A DNA stretch of 64,000 nt from an uncultured Clostridia bacterium. GTDB lineage: Bacteria; Bacillota; Clostridia; Christensenellales; Borkfalkiaceae. Both the position numbers and the translations under genes were made by a program. The DNA lies in contig CALVPS010000005.1 of the NCBI GenBank assembly GCA_944354035.1, positions 6,537 to 70,536 of the forward strand. Direction: 5' to 3'. The stretch's first letter is position 1, and the number at the start of each line of letters is the position of its first letter. Positions 46,491-55,091 of this stretch are shown here, piece by piece. The notes under the pieces are model-generated. The model had not been told where the DNA came from, did not search any database, and saw only the letters and a list, made by a program, of their open reading frames with translations.

Positions 46491-46813
46491 CGCATGCAGA
46501 CCGTGATATGGATCCTGTTGATCGCAGGCGGATTTTGTTTGGGGAGCATCTACTTTTCCGGGCTCATCGTGGCATGGCGCACGGGCAAGGACGTATGCAA
46601 GGCGGGAAGCGACGGCAATCCGGGTGCGGCAAACGCCTTTTTGCTGTGCGGGCCAAAATGGGGGATCGTGTGTTTTTTGCTGGCACAAGACTACAAAAGG
46701 TCTCAAAAATGCCCATTTTCAAAGGGCGTAACTATAAAAAGTCTCACTTTCCGATCCTATTTCCAGTTTGCTTAAAGCCATATTCTCTCCCCCTCCTTAC
46801 TTACCAAACACAA

Positions 46814-47323
46814 TCACCTTTGAACAGAATATAGAAAATGAAGCATATCTCCATTGTAATACTGCGTGATAAATTCATCTTCTTTGCTCATACCAATGCT
46901 TTCGGCCACCTTGATGGAAGCAAGGTTATCGGCTTTTATGACTGAACACACTTTATCCCTGTTCAAAACCTCAAAGGCGTATTTTTTACACCCCATAGCC
47001 GCTTCCCTCGCATATCCACAATGCCAAAATTTCTCTTTCAGCAAATAGCCAATTTCAAGCACTTCTGTATTCTTGTAGGGCTGCATTGTAAGCCCTGCCT
47101 GTCCTATCATCTAATTTGTGTTTTTTAGAACGATTGCCCACAATCCAAATCCATATTTTTTATATCGGTTTATTTGCCGATCAAGCCATATTTGGACATC
47201 ATCGTCCGAAAAATCATGTTCATACGCATACATAACTTTAGGATTTTGCAGAATTTCCGCCAAATCTCGAAAATCAGTCTGGCGCAGTTCTCTTAAAAAT
47301 AAGCGTTCAGTTTCTAATATCAA
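46814..47323 (-). pseudogene. GNAT-family N-acetyltransferase (RimJ/RimL-like) with an in-frame TAG at 47111-47113
   Basis: ILETERLFLRELRQTDF...GLWAIVLKNTN-TAG-MIGQAGLTMQ...IGYLLKEKFWHCGYAREAA; the two ORF-track pieces are contiguous in one frame; probable TTG start at 47321-47323 after AAGGAGAG; TGnTATAAT extended -10 at 47357-47365. Confidence 0.8.
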
Positions 47324-47396
47324 GTTCAGCGCTCTCCTTGTTAATTTTTCCATTTCATTATATCACAATTCCGAAAGCGTGAAAATTGCGTTATAG

Positions 47397-47438
47397 CAAA
47401 AAAATTGCCGACCGCAAGGGTCTTCCCTACGGTCGGCA
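47397..47438 (-). terminator. strong intrinsic terminator at the upstream edge of the cassette
   Basis: tgccgaccg / cggtcggca 9-bp stem, followed on the - strand by TTTTTTT. Confidence 0.7.
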
Positions 47439-48066
47439 GCTTTGCATTATTTCCGTTCGAGACAAACCATAGTTTCGACGTGGACTTTTTAAAGGGATTT
47501 ATACCCGTTCTCATCGCAACGCTATGCCTTAACGTCTTTTCATGGGCGTATACGCTGGTCGTCGTCGCGCCGGTGGCGGGACATGCCGCAGGCATTTTTA
47601 ACCGAAACCGCGGCGGGAAATGCATTTCGATGGCGTTCGGCGTTTTGGCGGGCACTCTGCCCGCCGCCCCGTGGCACTGCCGCTGATCGTATGTTACCTG
47701 CTGTTTTCCACGCTGTTCCGGATCCGTTCGCACACCGCAAGAAGCATCGCCGCATTCGGCCTGGCCGCCGCAGGCGGGGCCGCCGTTGCCCTCGGCTTTC
47801 ATATGACCGCGCTGGCCGTCGCCTGCGTCCTGGTTTGCGCCATTGTGATCATAAAACACGTGCGCAAGCGCCGCACCCTTTAAAACGACGCCCTGTTTTA
47901 TCAGGTCGCCGACGGGGGCCAAAAGCGCCGCGTTCTTACGGTCACGAGAGAAATACTCGTCGGCTTCGGCGCCGTGCGAAGCTTAGCCGAGGGGCGTTCG
48001 GGGCGTCGGCTGACTTACATATAAGCCAAGCGCACGCATAACTGCCATTTGATTTGTTTCCGAACT

Positions 48067-49530
48067 TTAAAAGAGCCCCTTGAGTGCGGGATAGAGGCGC
48101 ATAAAGTGATGATATTTTTTCTCATACGCTGCGGCGATCGAGGGATCAGGCCGCACCGTCTCCTTGACGCGCACGATGGCGGATGCCGCCTCGGCAACGG
48201 AACGATACTCCCCGCAGCCGGCCATTGCAAGCATCGCCGCGCCATAGGAGGGCCCCTGCTCCGTCTGCGGAATGTCGACGGGCAGAGCCATCACGTTTGC
48301 AATGATCTGCCGCCAGAGCTTGCTCTTTGCTCCCCCGCCGCACAGCTTGGTGCGCGGGATAACCGCGCCGTTCTTTTTTGCCGCCTCCAGACAATCGCGG
48401 AGCGCAAATGCCACGCCTTCGAGCACGGCGAGCGTCATCTCGCCCCGCGTCGTATCGGGGCGCATCCCGATGAACGCGCCGCGCGCAGAAACATCGTTAT
48501 GCGGGCTGCGTTCGCCCATCAAATAGGGAAGAAAAAAGACGTCGTTTTTGCCCATTTCCGCCTCCAGCCCCGCCTGCTCGGCGGCATAGTCCGTCGTCTT
48601 TAATATTTTGTCCGACCACCAACTGTTGCAGCTTGCGGCGGACAGGATGCACCCCATGAAATGCCAGCCGCCGTCCGCATGGCAAAAAGAGTGCAAGGCA
48701 TTTACTTTGTCCTCGCAATACGTCTTGGAGGAAACGAACAATGTGCCGCTCGTGCCCAAAGAGATATTGCAGCCGCCCTCGCCGACGACGCCCGTGCCGA
48801 CCGCGGCCGCAGCATTATCCCCCGCGCCTGCAATGACTTTGACCTCCGCAGAAAGACCGAGTTCGTCCGCGATCTCCTGTTTGAGCGTACCGACCGCCTC
48901 GTAGCTTTCATGCAGCGCGGGAAGTTTCTCCTCGGTCATGCCGCACACGCCGCACATCTCTTTGCTCCACCTGCGATTTTTTACGTCCAAAAGGAGCATT
49001 CCGCTCGCGTCCGAAACGTCCGTGCAGAACGCGCCCGAAAGGCGGTAGCAAAGATAGTCCTTGGGCAGCATGATCTTTGCGATCTTCTTAAAGTTCTCCG
49101 GCTCGTGTTTCTTCATCCATAAAAGCTTGGGCGCGGTAAAGCCTGCAAAGGCAATGTTGCCCGTGTATGCGGAGAGATTGTTTTGGCCGATCCCTTCGTT
49201 TAAGTACTTGGTCTCTTCCTCCGTCCTACCGTCGTTCCACAAAATGACGGGGCGGATGACGTTGTCGCACGAATTGAGCGCGACAAGCCCGTGCATCTGT
49301 CCGCCGAAGGAAATGCCTTTGACAAGCATCCTATCCTGCCCGTCGAGCAGTTCCTTTAATCCCCGCAGGGCGGCGGCGAACCAATCGTCGGGATCCTGTT
49401 CGCTCCAGCCGGGATGCGGATAGGAGACGGGATAGCTCTGCGTGTTTTCCGCCAAAATTTTGCCGTTCGCGGCAACGAGCAGCATTTTTAATCCGCTCGT
49501 GCCCAAATCGATACCGATATAAGTATTCAT
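48067..49530 (-). CDS. xylB: xylulokinase (FGGY carbohydrate kinase)
   Basis: MNTYIGIDLGTSGLKMLLV, GWSEQDP, FGGQMHG, GAGDNAAAAVG motifs; ATG 49528-49530. Confidence 0.88.
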   Translation of the reverse strand: MNTYIGIDLGTSGLKMLLVAANGKILAENTQSYPVSYPHPGWSEQDPDDWFAAALRGLKELLDGQDRMLVKGISFGGQMHGLVALNSCDNVIRPVILWNDGRTEEETKYLNEGIGQNNLSAYTGNIAFAGFTAPKLLWMKKHEPENFKKIAKIMLPKDYLCYRLSGAFCTDVSDASGMLLLDVKNRRWSKEMCGVCGMTEEKLPALHESYEAVGTLKQEIADELGLSAEVKVIAGAGDNAAAAVGTGVVGEGGCNISLGTSGTLFVSSKTYCEDKVNALHSFCHADGGWHFMGCILSAASCNSWWSDKILKTTDYAAEQAGLEAEMGKNDVFFLPYLMGERSPHNDVSARGAFIGMRPDTTRGEMTLAVLEGVAFALRDCLEAAKKNGAVIPRTKLCGGGAKSKLWRQIIANVMALPVDIPQTEQGPSYGAAMLAMAGCGEYRSVAEAASAIVRVKETVRPDPSIAAAYEKKYHHFMRLYPALKGLF

Positions 49531-49761
49531 TCTCGTAAACTTTCTTTTTATGACGAAAAAAATAAATTTTACGACTTCAGGGGAACCATGCGTGCACGCG
49601 CAACGCGCTGACCGCAAGTTTCCCCTCGTCGCACAAATTTTCGCCCTCGTTGTTACTTTGTGCGCCTCGCCCCTCCTTCATAAGCGCAGGTATGCGCAAA
49701 TGTGGGGCGCGGGCGCAGGATGATCCCGCTTGCGCAAGTATTTTTAAAGTTTTATATACGC

Positions 49762-51249
49762 TTAAAACGGATTCTCCGTCTTATACCTGACACCTGCGGG
49801 CCGGTTATATCCGATCTCGGAGACGCCCAAATATTTGAACACTTCAAAAAGCGCGCTTCCAAAATGCCCGAACGCGACCGCACCGTGGTGCGGGAACCCG
49901 CCTTCGACGAGAACATGACGGTAGAACCTGCCCATCTCCGGGATGGCGAACACGCCGACGGAACCAAAGGAGCGCGTTGCAACGGGAAGCACCTCGCCCT
50001 CGGCAACGTACGCGCACAGCCTGTTATCCGACGTGCTTTGCAGACGGAAGAAAGTGATCTTACCGGGGACGATGTCCCCCTCCAGCGTGCCGTTCGTCAC
50101 TTCCACGGGAAGCGAGCGCGCCATGATCTTTTGGTACTTCATCTCGGGCTTGCACAGCTTCCCTGCACAGGTGTTGCCGCAGTGAAAACCCATAAAAGTA
50201 TCCGTGAGCTTGTAGTCAAACTTGCCCGCAATGTCACGGTTGTAAAGCTCCTTCGGCACGGTGTTGTTGATGTCCAAAAGCGTCACGGCGTCCTCGGAGA
50301 CGACCGTTCCGATGAACTCCGAAAGCGCGCCGTAGATATCTACCTCGCAGGAGACGGGAATGCCCCTGCCCGTCAGGCGACTATTCACATAGCACGGAAC
50401 GAAGCCGAACTGCGTCTGGAAGGCGGGCCAGCACTTCCCCGCGACCGCCACATACTCGCGGCTGCCTTTATGCGCCTCGATCCAATCGAGGAGCGTCAGT
50501 TCATACTGCGCAAGTTTTGTTAAGATCTCGGGCTTTTTGTTCCCCGCGCCGAGTTCCTTTTCCATATCCGCGACCACTTCGGGGATGCGCTTGTCCCCCG
50601 CGTGCTTGTGGAAGGCTTCAAAGAGGTCTAATTCGGAATTCTCCTCCACTTCGACCCCGAGGTTATACAGCTGCTGTATCGGCGCGTTGCAGGCGAGGAA
50701 GTTCATGGGCCGGGGCCCGAACGTGATGAGCTTTAGGCGCTTCAAGGCGTACGCGGCGCGGGCGACGGGCAGGAAGGCATGGAGCATGTCCGCGCATTCC
50801 TCCGCGTCCCCCACGGGATATTCGGGGATATACGCCTGCACGCCGCGCAGCTTTAAGTTATAGCTTGCGTTCAGCATCCCGCAATAGGCGTCGCCGCGGG
50901 AATCGGAGAGAACGGCGATATTCTCCTCCGCCGCCGCGCAGAACATGACGGGCGCGTTCATCCGCTGTGCGTACTCTTGTGCAAGCATCGTTTCGGAAAT
51001 TTCGGGACCGAAGTTGCCGAGATACACGCAGAGCGCATTGCAGCCCTCTTTTTCGAGATCCGCAAGTGCCTCTTTCATCTGCACTTCGCTCTCAACGATG
51101 CACACGGGGCATTCGTAAAGATCGCCCTTTCCGTACTTCTTCTCGTACGCCGCAACGAGCGCCCTTCTTCTGTTCACCGAAAGACTCTCGGGGAAACAGT
51201 CGCGCGAGACCGCCACAATGCCGACCTTCATTTTTGGAATATTCTGCAT
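49762..51249 (-). CDS. L-fucose/L-arabinose isomerase-family sugar isomerase (COG2407-like)
   Basis: 495 aa; overall resemblance to the FucI-related isomerases (KVGIVAVSRDCFP..., CEVDIYGALSEFI, GFHCGN). Confidence 0.7.
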   Translation of the reverse strand: MQNIPKMKVGIVAVSRDCFPESLSVNRRRALVAAYEKKYGKGDLYECPVCIVESEVQMKEALADLEKEGCNALCVYLGNFGPEISETMLAQEYAQRMNAPVMFCAAAEENIAVLSDSRGDAYCGMLNASYNLKLRGVQAYIPEYPVGDAEECADMLHAFLPVARAAYALKRLKLITFGPRPMNFLACNAPIQQLYNLGVEVEENSELDLFEAFHKHAGDKRIPEVVADMEKELGAGNKKPEILTKLAQYELTLLDWIEAHKGSREYVAVAGKCWPAFQTQFGFVPCYVNSRLTGRGIPVSCEVDIYGALSEFIGTVVSEDAVTLLDINNTVPKELYNRDIAGKFDYKLTDTFMGFHCGNTCAGKLCKPEMKYQKIMARSLPVEVTNGTLEGDIVPGKITFFRLQSTSDNRLCAYVAEGEVLPVATRSFGSVGVFAIPEMGRFYRHVLVEGGFPHHGAVAFGHFGSALFEVFKYLGVSEIGYNRPAGVRYKTENPF

Positions 51250-51294
51250 AATATACCTCCCGTATTTTATCCGATGATCTCCCGTAAGGCAAAG

Positions 51295-53244
51295 TTATCG
51301 CCCGCACGGTGCGTTCCAAATTTTTACGCGGTTTTTGCCGGCGTGCAGCCGCTGCAAGGGCCCTGCAGCGATCGCGCCTTTTAAGTTGCCGCCCAAAAAA
51401 TCGGTATCGATCTTCAGATCGCCGCCGTCGGGGCGCTCAAACCGCCCCTCCGTGATACGCGTCATGCCGAGCCGCCTGCTCGTAACAAGCGTCTCTCGCA
51501 TGTCGAACATCGCCTGCGGGAGCTCGATCTCCAGATACACGCCGTCGCCGCCGCGGACGATCTTCGCGTTCCCGCAGGCGTCCGAAACGCAGTTGTTTTT
51601 TTCTGCCTCAAAGGGGAGCGCGCCGTTCAAGTAGACGTTTCCCTCGATGTCGGCGGGCTGACGGACGCGTTCAAACTGTTCAAGATCGCCGTAGCCGAGC
51701 GCTCTTACCTGCGCGATATATTCCTCCAACGAGGTCGGAGAGCCGTTATACTCCGCCGTGCCGTAATGTTTTTTCGGTTCGTTTCCGCCGACAAAAATAT
51801 TTTGCAGCCAGCGGTCGTCGCCGCCGTACACGGGCGCAGTGCCCGCGGGCATTGTGGAATGCGGGAAATGATAGGGCGTGGCGCGGTTTAAAACGGGATA
51901 ACGATTAAGAAACCCGCACACGAGATTGTGTACATACGCGCCGCCCTGCGAGGCGTTGTCGAACGCATACGCCGACGCAAAAATATTGTTGTCGACAAGG
52001 TAGGGACCGTGCGAGACTTCTACAAAGAGATCGCGGTTGTTCTGCTCGAAGAGGTTTGCGCTCACGCGCAGCCCCTGCGCCTGCCAGTCGAACCACATTC
52101 CCAGCGTGCAGTCATGTATATAATTGTTATGAACGTACGTATCGATCGCCGCGTGCAGTTTGATCCCGCCCAACTCGTGCCCGTAAAATTCGTGCTTCGT
52201 CCCGATGCGGAAGATCTCGTTGCCGCAGATCTCACAAAACGCCGAGCCCATGTGTCCGACTACGCCGTTCTGCCCGCAGTCGCAGATCACATTGTTCCGC
52301 ACGATGTGCGAACCGATCTTTTCCTTGCTCCAGCCGATGGCGAGCGCCTTGAATACCGCCTCCAGCTGATACTGATACCCGGGCTTTTTCCCCCATTTTG
52401 TAAAATCGTTCTCGCCCGTCGTCTCTTCTTTTCCGAGGCTTATGCCGCTGCACTTGGAATCGTGGATAAAGTTATTTTCGATGATCCAGCCCTTACTCCA
52501 ATTCGGACCGATGATCCCCCACTGTTTTGCGGTGGGCGGCGCCCACGGCGTTGCCGCCTGCGCCATTTCAAAGCCCTTTACGGTGATATGATCGATGCCC
52601 GTCCGTACGGGGAAAAAGCACGCTTTGCGCACGTTGTACTCCACGAGCGCGCGGTTGGGATCGACGCCTTGGAAATTGGCGTAAAGGCTTGTTGTATGTT
52701 CTCCCGTCTCCGCGTACCAACGCAAAAGAGAGGCGTCGGGATCGGAAAGCTTTTCCTCCCGCCGATCCCACGTTTCGTAAACGCTCCTTTCCCAGCGTTC
52801 GGGATGAAACACCTTTTCCAAAGACGGCGCTTCGAACAACGCCTTGCCGTTCAGATACACTTCGGCGGTATGTACTTTATGTTCTCGCGGCGCGACCATC
52901 CAGTCGCCGTCGATCTCCGTGCAGAAGGGATCGTACTCTCCGAAAACGGCACGATCGATCGTCGTTTTCCACACGGTTCCTTCAACGCGTTCCCAATGTT
53001 CCGCGCGTTCGGATCCTTTGATGACGGCGCGCTCCCCTTCCGCCGCCATGTAGGTGATGCGAAGGCCGTCGCTCTTCCCGCCGTTTCTCGGTTTGACCCA
53101 TTCCCTGTATTCGCCTTCATGAACGATCACGGTATCGCCTGCAACGGCAAGATCCGCCGCCCGCTGAATGGTAAAAAAGGGGCGCTCTTCCGTTCCCGGA
53201 TTCCGATCCGAACCGAACTTTGCAACATGGTAGATCCTGGACAT
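51295..53244 (-). CDS. right-handed parallel beta-helix repeat protein (pectate-lyase-fold), no signal peptide
   Basis: MSRIYHVAKFGSDRNPGTEERPFFTIQRAADLAVAGDTVIVHEGEY is the typical N-terminus of this fold; AGGAG RBS before ATG 53242-53244. Confidence 0.7.
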   Translation of the reverse strand: MSRIYHVAKFGSDRNPGTEERPFFTIQRAADLAVAGDTVIVHEGEYREWVKPRNGGKSDGLRITYMAAEGERAVIKGSERAEHWERVEGTVWKTTIDRAVFGEYDPFCTEIDGDWMVAPREHKVHTAEVYLNGKALFEAPSLEKVFHPERWERSVYETWDRREEKLSDPDASLLRWYAETGEHTTSLYANFQGVDPNRALVEYNVRKACFFPVRTGIDHITVKGFEMAQAATPWAPPTAKQWGIIGPNWSKGWIIENNFIHDSKCSGISLGKEETTGENDFTKWGKKPGYQYQLEAVFKALAIGWSKEKIGSHIVRNNVICDCGQNGVVGHMGSAFCEICGNEIFRIGTKHEFYGHELGGIKLHAAIDTYVHNNYIHDCTLGMWFDWQAQGLRVSANLFEQNNRDLFVEVSHGPYLVDNNIFASAYAFDNASQGGAYVHNLVCGFLNRYPVLNRATPYHFPHSTMPAGTAPVYGGDDRWLQNIFVGGNEPKKHYGTAEYNGSPTSLEEYIAQVRALGYGDLEQFERVRQPADIEGNVYLNGALPFEAEKNNCVSDACGNAKIVRGGDGVYLEIELPQAMFDMRETLVTSRRLGMTRITEGRFERPDGGDLKIDTDFLGGNLKGAIAAGPLQRLHAGKNRVKIWNAPCGR

Positions 53245-53408
53245 TTTTTTGTTCTCCTTCATTTTTGGTAAACCGACAAAGATAACTTTATCATTTTGCA
53301 TTTTTATGCTATAATTATTTATATACACATATAGGATATCATGCTTACACAAAAATAAAAAGTAAATTCTACAATCAATATAGACAAAAATTGCTGTAAC
53401 GGGACGCC

Positions 53409-54197
53409 ATGAAACATCTTTTTCAAGAATGGGGATCTTCCATCAATCTACTTACGGATACCACGCTCCAATTTCCTCTTCATCTGCATAAAAGCGCCGA
53501 GCTCGTCCTCGTAAAAGACGGAGAGCTCAACCTGATCTTCCCCGATCGGGAATTCTGTTTGACCAAAGGGGATATTGCCGTCATCTTTCCAGGACAGCTC
53601 CACGGATATAAGACGGTTCGTTCTTCCGCGGTGTCCACGGTAATTTTTGACCCCGCTTGCATACAAGAGTACTTGCAGGAATTGGGGACGCACCGCCCCC
53701 TCATCCCGTATCTTTGCGCCGCCGATGTGGAGCAAGACGTCTATTTTGCCTTTGACCGATTGTATCGGAAAGATCTGAAGGAGCGATCCGTCGAAAGATC
53801 GGCATGGGTACGATTGATCATGGCGATGGTCATGCCAAAACTTCCGTTGGTAAAAACAGACAAGAACGGCGAATCCGACTTGGTTTATCAGATCGTTGAA
53901 TATCTTGCCGCGCATTATACGGAACATGTTTCGTTAAACGATCTGGCAAAGCGGCTTCACGTCAATAAATATTATCTTTCGCATGCCTTTTCCGCAAAAC
54001 TTCATTCAAGTTTTCCCGATTATCTCAACCGCCTGCGTTGCGACCATGCGAAAATGCTCCTTTCAACCGCAACGGAAGACATTATGACCGTCGGCGAATT
54101 ATCCGGCTTTGAAACGCAACGAACATTCAATCGCGTCTTTAAGTCCTATACAGGAATGACGCCGCATGAATATCGGATCACGGTACGAAAACGCTGA
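53409..54197 (+). CDS. AraC-family transcriptional regulator (cupin sensor + HTH)
   Basis: C-terminal AraC signature (LAKRLHVNKYYLSHAF...GFETQRTFNRVFKSYTGMTPHEYR); divergent from the sugar operon. Confidence 0.9.
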   Translation: MKHLFQEWGSSINLLTDTTLQFPLHLHKSAELVLVKDGELNLIFPDREFCLTKGDIAVIFPGQLHGYKTVRSSAVSTVIFDPACIQEYLQELGTHRPLIPYLCAADVEQDVYFAFDRLYRKDLKERSVERSAWVRLIMAMVMPKLPLVKTDKNGESDLVYQIVEYLAAHYTEHVSLNDLAKRLHVNKYYLSHAFSAKLHSSFPDYLNRLRCDHAKMLLSTATEDIMTVGELSGFETQRTFNRVFKSYTGMTPHEYRITVRKR

Positions 54198-54373
54198 TCG
54201 TCCAAAGCTTCATTTGATCGCCGGGCAGGTGAAGCATAGCCGACCGAAAAAAGACAAATTCGAGCGGATAAAACAACTACGAAAGCCTATTCGGCGGCTT
54301 ATTGCAGATCGGAAAAGAAAATACCCGGCCAAAACTCTTTGCCGTTGACAAATAAGTTCGACCGGGTATCGTT

Positions 54374-54449
54374 TGGTGGAGCTAACGAGATTCGAACTCG
54401 TGACCTTTTGAATGCCATTCAAACGCGCTACCAACTGCGCTATAACCCC
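54374..54449 (-). tRNA. tRNA-Ala (anticodon GGC), CCA encoded
   Basis: GGGGTTATAGCGCAGTTGGTAGCGCGTTTGAATGGCATTCAAAAGGTCACGAGTTCGAATCTCGTTAGCTCCACCA folds as a 76-nt cloverleaf with G3:U70 and anticodon loop AT-GGC-AT. Confidence 0.85.
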
Positions 54450-54459
54450 ATCGCCTGCA

Positions 54460-54488
54460 ATTTTACAATATTTATTCGGTTTTGTCAA
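54460..54488 (-). promoter_or_regulatory. sigma-A consensus promoter of tRNA-Ala
   Basis: On the - strand TTGACA - 17 nt - TAAAAT, 10 nt upstream of the tRNA 5-prime end. Confidence 0.65.
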
Positions 54489-54572
54489 CGCAATTTGCCG
54501 CAAAAAATAAAAATTGTACCTCCTTTGCCTCACTTTTCTTGTATTGATCTGCTGCAGCCCCGTCCGAAACGC

Positions 54573-54600
54573 AAAAGCACGCCCCCTCGGGCGCGCTTTT
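54573..54600. terminator. terminator after tmRNA (A-run/hairpin/T-run)
   Basis: aaaagcacgccccctcgggcgcgctttt. Confidence 0.6.
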
Positions 54601-54606
54601 ACAATG

Positions 54607-54994
54607 TGGTGGACCTGCGCAGAATTGAACTGCGGTCTTACAAGGTTCCTCCGCGGACACTACACGCTTAGTCTGTGATAAGATCTCGCCCGCAAGCAGT
54701 TCGCAGACAGACTGCTATTTGAGCACACTTTCCTTTAAAACCTTTTTGTGCGGCGAAAGTTTTCCGTACAAAAATGTTCCCCACTGAAATGACGCCCCGC
54801 TCCCGACCGTGGGCGATCGGGGCAGAACGGAGCTTAACCGCGTTAAGCCGCAAGCGCTACGCGACGAGCCGAAGCTCTGCGCGCAACAGCCGACCTTTTG
54901 GTGTCAGCATTTAAATTTGTTTCCGTTTTTACGGAGCCGAGCCTCCGACGTGCGTCCGACAAACTCCGCTTGCAATCGAATCCGAAACAGGCCC
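54607..54994 (-). ncRNA. ssrA: tmRNA (SsrA), tag reading frame ADTKRSAVARRASARRVALAA-stop
   Basis: 5-prime GGGCCTGTTTCGGATTCGA; 3-prime tRNA-like end GACCGCAGTTCAATTCTGCGCAGGTCCACCA pairing with the 5-prime end (G3:U); internal ORF GCT GAC ACC ... GCG CTT GCG GCT TAA ending in ALAA. Confidence 0.85.
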
Positions 54995-55091
54995 GCATGT
55001 CTAACGTACTTATAGTATACCCCGCGCACGGTTTTGTCAACCAAAAATGCAATACGTTTTGGGACGATCGCCGCCGCAAGGAGCGCGGCGT

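Larger units (their letters stand above)
46683..47482 (-). other. 800-bp low-GC foreign cassette (terminator - promoter - GNAT gene - RBS plus 20-codon ORF stub) inserted in the PlsY-family gene
   Basis: Abrupt AT-rich composition. Removing exactly 46683-47482 restores the reading frame CFLL|DFLKGF. There is TGG microhomology at both junctions, and I saw no transposase, integrase or clear terminal inverted repeats. Confidence 0.65.
46494..47883 (+). pseudogene. PlsY-family (glycerol-3-phosphate acyltransferase-like) gene, split by an 800-bp insertion and additionally frameshifted
   Basis: Part 1 ...GSDGNPGAANAFLLCGPKWGIVCFLL ends at 46682. Part 2 DFLKGFIPVL...VAGHAAGIFNRNRGGKCISMAFGVLAG starts at 47483. 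The C-terminal helices continue in the -1 frame after the C4 run 47667-47670. Confidence 0.7.

Noticed and set aside
43355-47113. Possibility that the in-frame TAA (response regulator) and TAG (GNAT) indicate a reassigned genetic code or programmed recoding.
   Set aside because: TAA and TAG terminate conserved genes at their expected C-termini elsewhere in the window (efp, ylxR and the GT2 gene use TAA; rarA uses TAG). The response-regulator region after the stop shows degraded conserved residues. Simple nonsense mutations or base-call errors are the more economical explanation.
47405-47482. N-terminal part of ORF 47405-47686 (MPTARVFPTVGSFALFPFETNHSF...).
   Set aside because: This stretch is a translation of the cassette's terminator and junction. 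Genuine PlsY-like sequence only begins at DFLKGF (47483).
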